A stretch of 32,000 bases of DNA from Candidatus Moranella endobia PCIT (GCF_000219175.1 NC_015735.1:360001-392000); one strand, 5' to 3'; positions 11,803 to 23,254 are shown, counted from the stretch's first letter. Translations and numbers: made by a program. The notes: generated from the letters alone by a model not told the origin.

Positions 11803-12066
11803 AGCAAATTTATTCGGTAGGGGGAAGACTGCCTTGCTGGTGGTTAGTTACGTTACAATGACTGGTCTGGTAGAGAAACTCTAACCGTACCTTAGCTACC
11901 GTAATCTGTTCCGCTGGCTATGGTTTTTGCTCGAATAGAAACAACTACGATCATCGCTTCTGCCCTGTTCACCATCATGGTTTATAATTTTTATAACAAC
12001 GTGCATTACCTTATTAAGTACTGTTATACAGTAGCTGAGACGCCAGACCTTGACAGTAATCGGTAA
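11803..12066 (+). pseudogene. nlpI: lipoprotein NlpI, stub with large internal deletion
   Basis: One frame from 11806 to 12066 reads KFIR*GEDCLAGG*LRYNDWSGRETLTVP*LP*SVPLAMVFARIETTTIIASALFT...YNNVHYLIKYCYTVAETPDLDSNR*. It matches the E. coli NlpI N-terminus (KPFLR..[23 protein letters not shown]...EVILARMEQILASRALT) and C-terminus (ANNVHNFVEHRYALLEL...DDLAESDQQ*). Stops at 11818, 11845, 11893 and 11902, with about 200 codons missing. Located between pnp and deaD as in E. coli. Confidence 0.65.
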
Positions 12067-12204
12067 CAATTGTTATTGGCGCTTTTAGGCTAAGTGCAAG
12101 ACTTACTATTTTTCAGCTATGAGTATTTTATGTTTTAAATCTAATGTGAGCCAGTTTATGCTGTTAATGTTTATAGGCTGGTCGCCAGAATGAGGCGTGT
12201 TTCA

Positions 12205-13992
12205 ATGTCTACAATAACAACTTTTTTTACTGATCTGGGGCTAAAATCTTCTATACTTCAAGCCCTGACCGATCTAGGTTATGAAAAGCCGTCACCTATC
12301 CAGGCCGCCTGTATTCCGCCTATGTTGGCCGGACGTGACATCCTTGGTATGGCGCAGACCGGCAGCGGTAAAACTGCGGCCTTTTCTCTGCCGCTGTTAC
12401 ACAATATTAATCCCGAACTAGCCGCACCACAGGTGCTAGTACTAGCGCCTACTAGAGAACTGGCGATACAAGTTGGGTCAGCCTGCGCCGATTTCGCCAA
12501 ACATATGAAAGGTGTTAGTATAGTAGCCCTGTACGGCGGTCAGCGTTATGATGTCCAGTTGCGCGCGTTGCGTCAAGGGCCGCAAGTTGTGGTCGGCACT
12601 CCTGGCCGCCTACTAGACCATTTGAAACGCGGTACTCTGGATCTATCTAATTTGAGTGGACTAGTAATCGACGAAGCAGATGAGATGTTGCGCATGGGCT
12701 TTATCGAAGACGTAGAAAAAATTTTGACACAGGTACCAGAGCAACACCAGACCGCGCTGTTCTCTGCGACCATGCCGGAAGCAATTCGCCGTATTACTCG
12801 CCGTTTTATGAACGATCCGCAGGAAGTGCGTATTCAATCCAGTATTACTACACGTCCGGATATCAGCCAGAGCTATTGGACAGTTCATGGTATACGCAAG
12901 AATGAAGCTCTGGTACGTTTCTTAGAAGTAGAAGATTTTGATGCTGCCATTATATTCGTACGCACAAAAACCGCCACACTGGAAGTAGCAGAAGTGTTAG
13001 AGCGTAGCGGTTATAATAGTGCTGCCCTAAACGGTGACATGAATCAGACACTACGCGAGCAAACATTAGAACGTTTAAAGGATGGTCGCTTGGATATTCT
13101 GATTGCAACAGATGTCGCCGCTCGCGGCCTAGACGTTGATCGCATCAGCCTAGTCGTGAACTACGATATTCCGCTGGATTCCGATTCTTACATACACCGT
13201 ATTGGTCGTACCGGTCGTGCCGGCCGCGCCGGCCGGGCGCTATTATTCGTGGAAAATCGAGAGCGCCGTCTGCTACGCAATATCGAACGCATTATGATGC
13301 TGACCATACCTGCGGTAGAACTACCAACCGCTGAGGTATTGAGTACACGTCGTTTGTCTAAGTTTACTGCTAAGGTACAAAATCAGCTGGCAAGTAGAGA
13401 TCTTGATCTGTACCGCTCACTGCTAACCAAACTACAACCGGCAGAAGAAATTGATATGGAAACGCTAGCAGCTATTCTGTTAAAAATGGCCCAATGTGAA
13501 CGCCCACTGATCCTGCCCCCTGATTCGTTGATTGAACGACGCCCACGCCGCGAGTTCCTGAAGCGCAACGAGCGGCAGGAGAACGACGAACGTTTATCGC
13601 GGCAGCGTCGTAACAGCGGCGACAGAGGTGAGATGGATCTCTACCGTATCGAGGTAGGTCGTGATGATGGTGTCGAAGTACGCCATATAGTTGGCGCCAT
13701 CGCCACCGAAGGTGACATTAATAGCCGCTATATAGGCAATATTAAATTATTCGCCTCCTATTCTACAATTGAGTTGCCTAAAGGTATGACAGGAGAAATG
13801 CTATCTAACTTTACCCGCACGCGTATTATGAATAAACCGATTAAAATGCAGTTTATAGGTGCCGCATGGTCGCGCAGCTGTGATGATCGCCGAAAGTTCA
13901 TTAGCAGCGAAAGCCGGTTTAGTCGTGGCAGTAAGCGCCCAGAATACCGCGGCGCAAGGTTAACAGACGACAGTAAATTAAGAAGAAAGTAA
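12205..13992 (+). CDS. deaD: cold-shock DEAD-box RNA helicase DeaD/CsdA
   Basis: Motifs [15 protein letters not shown] (VIDEADEML), SAT and [13 protein letters not shown]. Collinear with E. coli DeaD, with a divergent basic tail. Start at ATG 12205, with GAGG at 12193-12196. The tracked ORF starts 5 codons earlier. Confidence 0.93.
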   Translation: MSTITTFFTDLGLKSSILQALTDLGYEKPSPIQAACIPPMLAGRDILGMAQTGSGKTAAFSLPLLHNINPELAAPQVLVLAPTRELAIQVGSACADFAKHMKGVSIVALYGGQRYDVQLRALRQGPQVVVGTPGRLLDHLKRGTLDLSNLSGLVIDEADEMLRMGFIEDVEKILTQVPEQHQTALFSATMPEAIRRITRRFMNDPQEVRIQSSITTRPDISQSYWTVHGIRKNEALVRFLEVEDFDAAIIFVRTKTATLEVAEVLERSGYNSAALNGDMNQTLREQTLERLKDGRLDILIATDVAARGLDVDRISLVVNYDIPLDSDSYIHRIGRTGRAGRAGRALLFVENRERRLLRNIERIMMLTIPAVELPTAEVLSTRRLSKFTAKVQNQLASRDLDLYRSLLTKLQPAEEIDMETLAAILLKMAQCERPLILPPDSLIERRPRREFLKRNERQENDERLSRQRRNSGDRGEMDLYRIEVGRDDGVEVRHIVGAIATEGDINSRYIGNIKLFASYSTIELPKGMTGEMLSNFTRTRIMNKPIKMQFIGAAWSRSCDDRRKFISSESRFSRGSKRPEYRGARLTDDSKLRRK

Positions 13993-14177
13993 ATTAATTG
14001 GCTTCGCGCTTGTTTTCGATGACCTCAGCTTAAGCAGCGGTGTTATGATTGAATAACGCATAAAATAACATGCGCACGATATACAGCATCAGTAACTAAA
14101 GGTGAAAAAAAACAGCCAGGCATCCGGTCCGGCATCTACTCTAGCATTGACATTATCCAATAAATTAGGAAGACAAA

Positions 14178-14435
14178 ATGTACCAGCAAGAAGTTAAGAT
14201 TACTGCTCCTAATGGTCTACATACTCGTCCTGCCGCTCAGTTTGTTAAAAAAGCAAAAGGATTTATTTCCGACATTACCGTCACCTCAAATGGCAAAAGC
14301 TCCAGCGCTAAAAGCTTGTTAAAATTGCAAACTATTGGTCTGACTAAGGGTACTATCGTTAATATCGCAGCAGAAGGCGCGGATGAACAAAAAGCAGTAG
14401 AACAGTTGGTTAAACTGCTCGCAGAGCTGGAGTAA
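14178..14435 (+). CDS. ptsH: phosphocarrier protein HPr
   Basis: 85 aa. Active-site GLHTRPA (His15) and SAKSL (Ser46). Near-identical length and sequence to E. coli HPr. Confidence 0.96.
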   Translation: MYQQEVKITAPNGLHTRPAAQFVKKAKGFISDITVTSNGKSSSAKSLLKLQTIGLTKGTIVNIAAEGADEQKAVEQLVKLLAELE

Positions 14436-14483
14436 TATAGGTCAGGTCTTTGTTATGCTATGCATCATGAGTAGGGTGGGGTT

Positions 14484-16208
14484 ATGATTTCAGGTATTTT
14501 AGCATCACCGGGTATTGCATTTGGTAAAGTGTTGCTACTTAAGGAAGAGGAGTTGGTAATCAACGGGGAAAACATCACTGCAGAACAGGTCGAGCAGGAA
14601 GTTGAACGTTTTCGTGCTGGACGTGCCCAATCTGCCGCGCAGCTGGAAGTAATCAAAACTAAAGCGAGAAACACCTGCGGTGAAGAAAAGGCAGCCATCT
14701 TCGATAGTCATATAATGTTATTGGAAGATGAAGAACTTGAGCAAGACATCATAGCTTTTATCAAAGAACAACTCGTTAGCGCAGATGCTGCTGTTTATGC
14801 AGTGCTTGAACAGCAGGCAAAGGCATTGGCAGAACTTCATGACGAATATCTAAAAGAACGCGCCACCGATGTGCGCGATATTGGTAAACGTTTGCTGCGT
14901 AATATTCTTGCACTGCCGATTATAGATATAGACTTGAATGCCATCAGCGATGAAGCCATACTAGTAGCGGTAGATTTGACTCCTTCGGAAATTGCGCAGC
15001 TTAATCTGAATAAAGTGTTGGGCTTCATCACCAATTTCGGTGGCCGAACCTCACATACATCAATTATGGCTCGTTCACTGGAGCTGCCGGCTATCGTTGG
15101 CACTGGTAATATTACTCAGCAAGTCACTAATGGTGATTATTTGATTCTGGATGCTATAAATAACCAGATTTATATTAATCCTGAACCAAAATTAATTGAA
15201 CAGCTGAAAGCGCTGCAAATACAATACGCAACAGAAAAGAAAGAATTGGCTAAACTGAATGATCTACCTGCAGTGACGCTTGACGGTCATAAGGTGGAAT
15301 TATGCGCCAATATTGGCACCTTGCGTGACGTGATGAGCGCTGAAAGTAACGGTGCCGAAGGAATAGGCCTGTATCGTACCGAGTTCTTGTTTATGGACCG
15401 TGATTCATTACCTAGCGAAGAAGAGCAGTTCCAAGCTTATAAAGCGGTGGTGGAATCTATGTCCACTGGCTCTATTATAGTGCGTACCATGGATATCGGT
15501 GGTGATAAGTCTGTGCCTTATATGAATCTACCGAAAGAGGACAATCCATTCCTCGGATGGCGTGCCATCCGCATTGGGCTCGACCGTAAAGAAATATTGC
15601 ACACACAGCTGCGCGCCATTCTACGCGCCTCCGCTTTTGGCAAACTGCGCATCATGTATCCGATGATTATTTCCGTGGAAGAAGTACGTACCCTACAACA
15701 TGAGCTCTCGCTGCTAAAACAGCAACTACGTGAAGAGGGTAAGTGCTTCGATGAGGGCATCGAAGTAGGAGTGATGGTAGAAACACCGGCCGCCGCGGTT
15801 ATCTCACACCATCTTGCACAGGAAGTAGATTTCTTTAGTATCGGTACAAACGATCTTACCCAATATACTCTTGCCGTTGATCGCGGGAATAAGCTCATTG
15901 CTAATCTATATAACCCTATGTCTCCTGCAGTACTGACCTTAATCAAACAAGTTATTGACGCATCTCACGCTGCTGGTAAATGGACTGGTATGTGCGGCGA
16001 GCTTGCGGGAGATGAACATGCTACAATACTGTTATTAGGAATGGAACTGGATGAATTCAGCATAAGTGCTATCTCTATACCTAGTATTAAGAAAATCATT
16101 CGCAATACCAATTTTTGCGATGCAAAGAAATTAGCAAAGGAAGCATTAGCTCAGTCAACTGCAGAAGATTTAATTAATTTGGTAAACAAATTTATTGAAA
16201 AAAAATGA
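14484..16208 (+). CDS. ptsI: PTS enzyme I
   Basis: 574 aa. [15 protein letters not shown], phospho-His region [18 protein letters not shown], and C-terminal PEP-binding domain motifs ([27 protein letters not shown]). Confidence 0.96.
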   Translation: MISGILASPGIAFGKVLLLKEEELVINGENITAEQVEQEVERFRAGRAQSAAQLEVIKTKARNTCGEEKAAIFDSHIMLLEDEELEQDIIAFIKEQLVSADAAVYAVLEQQAKALAELHDEYLKERATDVRDIGKRLLRNILALPIIDIDLNAISDEAILVAVDLTPSEIAQLNLNKVLGFITNFGGRTSHTSIMARSLELPAIVGTGNITQQVTNGDYLILDAINNQIYINPEPKLIEQLKALQIQYATEKKELAKLNDLPAVTLDGHKVELCANIGTLRDVMSAESNGAEGIGLYRTEFLFMDRDSLPSEEEQFQAYKAVVESMSTGSIIVRTMDIGGDKSVPYMNLPKEDNPFLGWRAIRIGLDRKEILHTQLRAILRASAFGKLRIMYPMIISVEEVRTLQHELSLLKQQLREEGKCFDEGIEVGVMVETPAAAVISHHLAQEVDFFSIGTNDLTQYTLAVDRGNKLIANLYNPMSPAVLTLIKQVIDASHAAGKWTGMCGELAGDEHATILLLGMELDEFSISAISIPSIKKIIRNTNFCDAKKLAKEALAQSTAEDLINLVNKFIEKK

Positions 16209-16622
16209 GCTACTGATTTCACAAAACTGATCTCATCTAAATTATTATTTAGTCTATAGTGCATAAACATAGTAACAAACTAACCAAGTTACCCTACCTA
16301 TTAAGGTAAAGAGCTGGCATTAACGTACTTGGCTGTATGTCGTGTTTGATGTACGTCTTGTTAAGAACCTTATTTGTGGATCAGATTGTTGAAGCAAAAA
16401 AAAACAGTAGATATTTATCTATGCTTTCCTTACAATGCTCTAAATAAGCTGTGTATGGGCAGTTTAGCTAATGGATTGCGATGACGAGGAGTAGTCGGGG
16501 GGGTAGGTAAGCAAGAAATATTCAGCCAATTATATTGGCTGAACGGGACATGTGGCACCATAGAATTTTATTAGTGGGTGGTTAATAACACCATTTGGAT
16601 CTTCAATTGGGGTAAGTATTTA

Positions 16623-17051
16623 ATGAAAACTTTTACAGCCAAACTAGAAACTATAAAACGTAACTGGTATATTGTGGACGGTAAAGGAAAAACACTTGGC
16701 CGTCTTGCGACCTTCTTGGCGCATCGGCTGCGTGGCAAGCATAAAACAGAATATACGCCACATGTAGATACCGGTGATTATCTTATTGTACTGAACGCTA
16801 ACAAAGTATGTGTTACTGGCAATAAACGTAATGATAAAATCTACTATCACTACACTGGTCACGTCGGTGGTATCAAAGAAGTAACTTTTGACAAGATGAT
16901 GGCTAAAAGTCCTGAACGTATACTGGAAATAGCCATTAAGGGCATGCTACCAAAAGGTCCATTGGGTCGTACTATGTTACGTAAACTGAAAGTTTACGCC
17001 GGTCACGAACACAAACATGCAGCACAGCAACCGCAAGTGCTAGAAATTTAA
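16623..17051 (+). CDS. rplM: 50S ribosomal protein L13
   Basis: 142 aa from ATG 16623. [19 protein letters not shown]... matches E. coli L13 end to end. The upstream 15 codons of the tracked ORF are not homologous. Confidence 0.96.
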   Translation: MKTFTAKLETIKRNWYIVDGKGKTLGRLATFLAHRLRGKHKTEYTPHVDTGDYLIVLNANKVCVTGNKRNDKIYYHYTGHVGGIKEVTFDKMMAKSPERILEIAIKGMLPKGPLGRTMLRKLKVYAGHEHKHAAQQPQVLEI

Positions 17052-17066
17052 TTAGGATTATCAACA

Positions 17067-17459
17067 ATGGTTGTAAATCAATATTACGGTACTGGTCGCC
17101 GTAAAAGCGCTTCCGCCCGCGTATTTATTAAGGCTGGTTGCGGTAATATCGTTATTAATCAGTGTAGGTTAGATCAGTACTTTGGTCGAAAAACTGCCCG
17201 CATGGTTGTTTGTCAGCCGCTGGAACTAGTTGATATGGTGAATAACCTTGATCTGTACATCACTGTTAAAGGTGGTGGTATATCAGGTCAGGCAGGAGCC
17301 ATTCGCCACGGTATTACTCGTGCGTTGATGAAATATGATGAAAATTTACGCACCAGTTTGCTCAAAGCAGGTTTTGTTACGCGTGATGCCCGTCAGGTGG
17401 AACGTAAGAAAGTTGGTCTGCGTAAAGCACGTCGGCAGCCGCAATTTTCTAAACGTTAG
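17067..17459 (+). CDS. rpsI: 30S ribosomal protein S9
   Basis: 130 aa. [15 protein letters not shown] and C-terminal [20 protein letters not shown] match E. coli S9. Confidence 0.96.
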   Translation: MVVNQYYGTGRRKSASARVFIKAGCGNIVINQCRLDQYFGRKTARMVVCQPLELVDMVNNLDLYITVKGGGISGQAGAIRHGITRALMKYDENLRTSLLKAGFVTRDARQVERKKVGLRKARRQPQFSKR

Positions 17460-17478
17460 TTATATCTATTGTATTGAC

Positions 17479-17511
17479 GTTGAAAGTACGTACTCAACCA
17501 TGGTTTTTTTT
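17479..17511 (+). terminator. candidate intrinsic terminator after rpsI
   Basis: Interrupted hairpin gttg-aa-agt(acgt)act-caac at 17479-17498, followed after 5 nt by a T8 run (17504-17511). Confidence 0.45.
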
Positions 17512-17978
17512 GTTTACTGCTTTCTTAATTAAAGAAACTTTATTATTCTTACACAACTTTGTTGTGTTGCCATTGTTCATGACACTAATACCCCTAACCT
17601 ATACCACATTTAACCCAGCTAACTACTGGCAACAGGTCAAGAAGTAGTTGTCAATAACTAATAATGTTGTAATCAATCAGCTCTGTGTATTTATTGTGTA
17701 GCAGTTGCGCAGCTGCAGTAGTTTATTTTGCACGGTGCTTGATGCGTGCGCTGCTTCTATGTTATTTGCCTGCCTAAGGATTCCATATAAAAGCAAAAAA
17801 AACAGCTGACTGCGTTCAGTGTTACCAAATCATTAATTTATCACTTACTCAACAAATAATACCATTATAGCTACTTTTAGCTATGCCAATCCGTTTCTCG
17901 TAAAACCATTTCCTCTTTTTACTTTGTGTGCGTAAAATCAGGTGGACGCTTATTTAGTGAACAGGATTTTTCGTCCAT

Positions 17979-19439
17979 ATGACAATATTTTATACAATAA
18001 TCAACTGGCTATTGCTTTTCTGCTATTGGTTATTGATGGCTGGCGTCACCTTACGGGTCATTCTGAAACGTCGCTCTGTGCCAGCTGCCATGGCTTGGTT
18101 ATTGGTAATATATATTCTACCGCTGGGAGGGATTATTACTTATTTGTTATTTGGCGAACTAAACCTTGGTAAACGCCGAATCGAACGTAGTAAGGCTCTT
18201 TGGCCATCAACCACCAAATGGATTAGAAACATGAAAGTATGTTGTCGCATGTTCGCCAGTGAAACTAGCGAAGTAGCTCGTTCTCTATTTCTACTGTGCG
18301 AAAAACGGCAAGGTATTGGTGGCTTGAAAGGCAATAAAATACAACTGTTAACCAGCACCGATGATGTGCTACATGCCTTGATTCGTGATATATATATTAC
18401 CCAAAATAATATTGAAATGGTATTTTATATTTGGCAGATAGGTGGTCTAGTAGACCAGGTAGCTGAAGCTTTAATGACGGCGGCGCGGCGCGGCGTGCGC
18501 TGCCGTTTAATGCTAGATTCTGCTGGCAGCGTGGAATTTTTCCGTAGTCCTTACCCTATGATGATGCGTGCTGCCGGCGTTAATATCATGGAAGCATTAC
18601 AAGTAAGCATCCTGCGCATGTTTATGCGCCGCATGGATTTGCGACAGCATCGTAAAATGGTGCTGCTTGACAACTATATCGCCTACACTGGTAGCATGAA
18701 TATGGCAGATCCGCGTTTTTTTAAACAGGAAGCTGGAGTTGGCCAGTGGATCGATATTATGGCGCGTATGGAAGGACCAGTGGCTATCGCTATGGGCATT
18801 ATTTTCTCCTGCGATTGGGAAATAGAGACAGGAGAACGCATTCTCCCATCTATTCCCGATGTCAATATCATCCCTGTTGAACAATCCTCAGGACATACCA
18901 TTCAAGTAATCGCCTCAGGGCCAGGTTTTCCCGATGGTGTGATTCATCAGGCCTTGCTTACTTCTATTTATGCAGCGCGCGAGCAATTAGTTATAACAAC
19001 GCCTTATCTTGTGCCCAGTGATGATTTACTCCACGCTATTTGTACCGCGGCGCAGCGGGGTGTAGAAGTACATATTATTATTCCGCGCCATAACGATTCA
19101 ATACTGGTAGGTTGGGCTAGCAGAGCCGTTTTCGCAGAGCTACTTGAAGCCGGCGTATTCATACACCAGTTCGAGGGCGGCTTGCTGCATACAAAAAGTG
19201 TTTTAATCGATTGCCAGTTGAGTTTGGTGGGGACGGTAAATCTCGATATGCGTAGCTTGTGGCTAAACTTTGAAATTACACTGGTAATCGATGACAACGA
19301 GTTTGGTCGCTCTCTTGCTAGAGTACAAGAAGATTATATTGCCAGATCAAGGCTTATCGATACCATCATCTGGTCTAAACGTCCTTACTGGCAGCGTATT
19401 ATCGAGCGGCTGTTCTACTTTTTCAGTCCATTGTTATAA
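17979..19439 (+). CDS. clsA: cardiolipin synthase A
   Basis: 486 aa, the same length as E. coli ClsA. Two HKD motifs ([18 protein letters not shown] and [18 protein letters not shown]). C-terminal [11 protein letters not shown] is identical. Confidence 0.95.
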   Translation: MTIFYTIINWLLLFCYWLLMAGVTLRVILKRRSVPAAMAWLLVIYILPLGGIITYLLFGELNLGKRRIERSKALWPSTTKWIRNMKVCCRMFASETSEVARSLFLLCEKRQGIGGLKGNKIQLLTSTDDVLHALIRDIYITQNNIEMVFYIWQIGGLVDQVAEALMTAARRGVRCRLMLDSAGSVEFFRSPYPMMMRAAGVNIMEALQVSILRMFMRRMDLRQHRKMVLLDNYIAYTGSMNMADPRFFKQEAGVGQWIDIMARMEGPVAIAMGIIFSCDWEIETGERILPSIPDVNIIPVEQSSGHTIQVIASGPGFPDGVIHQALLTSIYAAREQLVITTPYLVPSDDLLHAICTAAQRGVEVHIIIPRHNDSILVGWASRAVFAELLEAGVFIHQFEGGLLHTKSVLIDCQLSLVGTVNLDMRSLWLNFEITLVIDDNEFGRSLARVQEDYIARSRLIDTIIWSKRPYWQRIIERLFYFFSPLL

Positions 19440-19447
19440 TGTACTTT

Positions 19448-19476
19448 GTCAGATAGCATGTTAGGTTTGCTATGAC
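19448..19476. terminator. candidate bidirectional hairpin between convergent clsA and rplS
   Basis: gtc-(ag)-atagca (19448-19458) pairs with tgctat-gac (19468-19476): 9 bp with a 2-nt bulge and a 9-nt loop. There is no clean U-run on either strand. Confidence 0.3.
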
Positions 19477-19500
19477 TCTTGTATTGTTACGGTTAGAATT

Positions 19501-19848
19501 CTAGTGCAGTCTTTCTCTGATGCGTGCTGCCTTACCGGTACATTGGCGCAGGTAATATAGTTTGGCCTTCCTAACTGCGCCACGACGTGTCACATTAATA
19601 CTGTAGATTACTGGCGAATGCGTCTGGAAAACACGCTCAACGCCTTCGCCATTGGCTATTTTGCGAAGAGTGAATGCAGAATGTAGACCACCGTTACGAA
19701 TAGCGATAACCACGCCCTCGAATGCTTGTAGACGTTTTTTGCTGCCTTCAACAACCCACACTTTGACTTCTACCGAATCACCTGGTCGGAAAGAAGGTAT
19801 GTCTTGCTTCATCTGTTCTTGTTCAATTTGCTTAATAATGTTGCTCAT
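19501..19848 (-). CDS. rplS: 50S ribosomal protein L19
   Basis: 115 aa from the ATG at 19848. [24 protein letters not shown]... matches E. coli L19. The 10 upstream codons of the tracked ORF are not homologous. Confidence 0.96.
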   Translation of the reverse strand: MSNIIKQIEQEQMKQDIPSFRPGDSVEVKVWVVEGSKKRLQAFEGVVIAIRNGGLHSAFTLRKIANGEGVERVFQTHSPVIYSINVTRRGAVRKAKLYYLRQCTGKAARIRERLH

Positions 19849-19874
19849 AATTGTTCTTTGGCCCCAACTAGCCA

Positions 19875-20639
19875 TCAATGTTTCGGCATAGAATGAGAAT
19901 GATATTCTCGCTGGAATTCTGTTAGCAGCATTGCTTGCTCATTAGTCAGAGCTAGACTTTCCAGTAGTTCAGGTCTGCTCAGCCAGGTACGGCCCAATGA
20001 TTGTTGCATACGCCAGCGACGAATCTCAGCATGATTACCCGACAGCAAAACTGGCGGCACCTTAATATTATCAAATACTTCAGGACGAGTATAGTTAGGA
20101 AATTCCAGCAGCCCATCGGCAAATGAGTCCTCAGCCGCGGAGGACTTATGTCCCAGCACGCCGGGAATAAACCTGGCTACTGTGTCAATTAACACCATCG
20201 CTGCTAGTTCACCACCGCTTAGGACATAATCACCCATAGACCATGTTTCATCAATCGTTGTGGTGATTAAACGTTCATCAATACCTTCATAACGGCCGCA
20301 AACCAAAATGATATTTGGTTGAGCGGCCAACTCTTTCACGCCTTGTTGATTGAGTTTACGACCTTGCGGAGAAAGATAAATAACCTTTGCTGTTGCTGTT
20401 CCAGCTCCCTGGTTTTGGGCCGCATTAATCGCCTTTCTTAAGGGCTGTGCCATCATCAGCATACCAGCTCCTCCGCCGTAAGGACGATCGTCAATAGTAC
20501 GATGCCGGTCATGGGTAAATTCACGCGGACTCCAATATTGCAACTGCAGTTGGCCATTCTTTACTGCCCGGCCAGTCACCCCGTAATCAGTAATTGCTTG
20601 AAACATCTTGGGAAACAGACTAATAATACCAATCCACAT
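19875..20639 (-). CDS. trmD: tRNA (guanine37-N1)-methyltransferase
   Basis: 254 aa. [26 protein letters not shown] and GRYEGIDER are collinear with E. coli TrmD. Confidence 0.96.
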   Translation of the reverse strand: MWIGIISLFPKMFQAITDYGVTGRAVKNGQLQLQYWSPREFTHDRHRTIDDRPYGGGAGMLMMAQPLRKAINAAQNQGAGTATAKVIYLSPQGRKLNQQGVKELAAQPNIILVCGRYEGIDERLITTTIDETWSMGDYVLSGGELAAMVLIDTVARFIPGVLGHKSSAAEDSFADGLLEFPNYTRPEVFDNIKVPPVLLSGNHAEIRRWRMQQSLGRTWLSRPELLESLALTNEQAMLLTEFQREYHSHSMPKH

Positions 20640-20687
20640 TTTACTACGTCCAGCTTATGCTGGTATCACCAGCTTCATGATCAGCAA

Positions 20688-21236
20688 TCACACTCTTGGG
20701 TCCCAGTTAGCTTCAATCAATTTGGAAGCAAGATCGACGTTTTGAATTACCGGTCCGACGATGAACGGAATCAATCGTTCACGAAGGCCAAAGGCATCTT
20801 TTAAGTTGGCTGTTACAACCAGAACATCGTTTGCCCCAGTTTCTATTAAATCAATTACGTCTCCCAGCTTATAACCACCGACAGTTAAAACTTGGCACCT
20901 AAGAAGGTCTTTCCAGTAGTATTTGCCGTTGTCTAATTTTGGCCATTGCGCAGCATCAACGCAGATTTCACAATTAGTCAAAAGCCGCGCCGCTTCCCGG
21001 TTTTCAACGTCTCTGACCTTGATTATTAGGTCCTGATAGTGGCGCTTCCAGTTTTCCAGCAAGATCATCTGCCACTCACCTGCTATCTTTATGAACCAGG
21101 GTTGGTAATCAAAAATTTTTTCTGTTTCTTCAGTGGAAGAACACAATCTAAGCCAGCCGCGTATGCTATACGATGAGCCCATTTTGCCTACCACTACCGG
21201 TTCAACTGGTTCTGTAATGCAGTTTTTTTTGTTCAT
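20688..21236 (-). CDS. rimM: ribosome maturation factor RimM
   Basis: 182 aa. [25 protein letters not shown] and the C-terminal WDP are collinear with E. coli RimM. Operon order is rpsP-rimM-trmD-rplS. Confidence 0.94.
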   Translation of the reverse strand: MNKKNCITEPVEPVVVGKMGSSYSIRGWLRLCSSTEETEKIFDYQPWFIKIAGEWQMILLENWKRHYQDLIIKVRDVENREAARLLTNCEICVDAAQWPKLDNGKYYWKDLLRCQVLTVGGYKLGDVIDLIETGANDVLVVTANLKDAFGLRERLIPFIVGPVIQNVDLASKLIEANWDPRV

Positions 21237-21256
21237 TTTTTTTACACTAGAAAGGA

Positions 21257-21511
21257 TTATGATGATCCTGCTTGTTTTGCTTCTTTGATCAGCGCGGACA
21301 CACGGTCAGAAACTTTGGCCCCCTGGTTAACCCAATGTTTAATACGATCAAAATCGAAACACAATCCGTCAGCCTTACCAGTAGCCGTCGGGTTGAAAAA
21401 CCCAATACGTTCAATGAAACGACCGTCTCGCGCATTGCGGCTATTGGTTACTATTATCTGATAAAATGGGCGTTTTTTAGCGCCACCACGTGCCAACCTA
21501 ATTTTTACCAT
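21257..21511 (-). CDS. rpsP: 30S ribosomal protein S16
   Basis: 84 aa. [41 protein letters not shown] matches E. coli S16. Confidence 0.96.
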   Translation of the reverse strand: MVKIRLARGGAKKRPFYQIIVTNSRNARDGRFIERIGFFNPTATGKADGLCFDFDRIKHWVNQGAKVSDRVSALIKEAKQAGSS

Positions 21512-21604
21512 AATCTTCTCTAGAATGAATAAAATTTACTAAAACTATCAGTTTTATAGGCAAAACAACAATTAAAAATTAACAACCATGGAAATCATGC
21601 GGCA

Positions 21605-22939
21605 TTATACCCTTTCCTTCATTTGACGCATAATATTCGCTATACCGCCTTTTTTCATTGTGCTAATTATGTCTAACTGCTTCAGCAAGCGATTGACATC
21701 ATTAACCTGCATGCCAGAGCCAGCGGCAATACGTAGTTTGCGCGAGCTGTTGATGATTTCTGGACATACGCGTTCTTTAGCGGTCATAGAATTAATGAGA
21801 GCCTCCATGTGCAATATCACTTTATCGTCCATCTGCGACTGTACTTGTGCTGGCAGTTGGCAGAAGCCTGGTAACTTACTCATCAGACTGGCTATGCCGC
21901 CCATATTGCGCAGATGCTTGATTTGAACTAGCAAATCAGTTAAATCAAAACTGTCGCCTTTGTTAAGCTGATTGGTAAGTTTGTTCGCCTGTTCTCGTTT
22001 GATCTCTCTTTCTAGATCCTCGATTATTGACAAAACATCACCCATACCTAGTATCTGCCCGGCTAGTCGATTGGGATAAAATGGCTCAAGTGCGTCCATT
22101 TTTTCACCTACTCCCATGAATTTGATCTGTTTACCAGTTATATGCCGTATTGAAAGAGCAGCGCCACCACGTGCATCGCCATCAACCTTTGTCAGGATTA
22201 CTCCGGTCAGCGGTAAAGTTTGATTAAAGTTTTGGGCGGTATGGGCGGCGTCCTGCCCTGTCATAGCGTCAACTACAAAAATAGTTTCTATTGGTTGGAT
22301 ATCTGCGTGAATAGCGATAATTTCCGCCATCATGGTTTCATCCACTGGCAGACAGCCGGCGGTGTCAACCAGAAGTACATCATAAAATAACCGTTTGGCT
22401 TGATTTAGCGCCAGATGAACAATATCGAGCGGTGTTTGTGCTATATCGTCGGATGAAAAAAAATCAACTCCTACCTTATGTGCCAAGGTTTCCAGCTGCT
22501 TGATAGCAGCTGGTCGATAAACGTCTGCGGATACCACCAGTACTTGTTTCTTCTGTTGTTCGCGCAGATAGTTGCCTAACTTACCAACGCTTGTGGTTTT
22601 TCCTACCCCTGGCAACCCAGCAAGCATTACCACTGCTGGCGGCGGTACCCCTACTAAATTTAGTGCATTGTTTGCTTCTCCCAGAGCTTTCACCAGTTCT
22701 GCGCGGACGATCTTGACGAATCCCTGCCCTGGAGTAAATCTTTTATTGACTGCCTGCCCAAGCGCGTTCTCTTTTACCCGACTGATGAAATCTCGTATCA
22801 CCGGTAGTGCCACATCAGCTTCTAGCAACGCCATGCGTATTTCGCGCACAGTATCCTTTATATTTGCTTCAGTCAAACGTCCTCTGCCACTGATATTACG
22901 CAACGTGCGTGATAATCTATCGGTTAAATGGTCAAACAT
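21605..22939 (-). CDS. ffh: signal recognition particle protein Ffh
   Basis: 444 aa. MFDHLTDRLSRTLRNISGRGRLTE, G domain GLPGVGKTT / DTAG / TKVDGDARGG, Met-rich M domain. The C-terminus is about 9 aa shorter than E. coli. Confidence 0.95.
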   Translation of the reverse strand: MFDHLTDRLSRTLRNISGRGRLTEANIKDTVREIRMALLEADVALPVIRDFISRVKENALGQAVNKRFTPGQGFVKIVRAELVKALGEANNALNLVGVPPPAVVMLAGLPGVGKTTSVGKLGNYLREQQKKQVLVVSADVYRPAAIKQLETLAHKVGVDFFSSDDIAQTPLDIVHLALNQAKRLFYDVLLVDTAGCLPVDETMMAEIIAIHADIQPIETIFVVDAMTGQDAAHTAQNFNQTLPLTGVILTKVDGDARGGAALSIRHITGKQIKFMGVGEKMDALEPFYPNRLAGQILGMGDVLSIIEDLEREIKREQANKLTNQLNKGDSFDLTDLLVQIKHLRNMGGIASLMSKLPGFCQLPAQVQSQMDDKVILHMEALINSMTAKERVCPEIINSSRKLRIAAGSGMQVNDVNRLLKQLDIISTMKKGGIANIMRQMKERV

Positions 22940-23254
22940 ATTTTTTTCGACACCTGGTTTCTGGTCGCGCGCACGACATTAGTACAATTAATATTAGTAT
23001 AACATTAAGTTGGCAGGAATAACTATAGTCCTGATAATAATAGTTGGATTCAGAGTGGGATCATGGTGCGCTGATAAAAAGTCATACGCCGCAGGAGGAT
23101 AAGTAGTGATGGCTTAATGCGGTAAGGAAAAGCGACATTGGCACATTTATCAGTACACTTATTGCTAGTGCTGCGCTGAATACGTTCTTATGTTTTTCTG
23201 CTATGCCGCCTACTAGTATTTTACTTTTACCTTGAACATACCTTACTTAGTTAG

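Noticed and set aside
14101-14120. The recurrent motif (g)caaaaaaaacag in three spacers (about 14105, 16393 and 17793), as a possible repeated element.
   Set aside because: Only ~11-13 nt are shared and the motif is dominated by a homopolymer, with no conserved flanks. These are probably relic T-runs of minus-strand terminators, or chance.
16521-16543. The perfect 10-bp hairpin, as an intrinsic terminator or as an IS/MITE terminal repeat.
   Set aside because: It is not followed by a T-run. I saw no second copy and no flanking direct repeats in this window. It is kept only as an unexplained structure within a finding.
17942-18172. A 76-aa ORF overlapping the clsA start in another frame.
   Set aside because: clsA in the adjacent frame matches E. 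coli ClsA from Met1 with identical length. The overlapping ORF has no homology signal.
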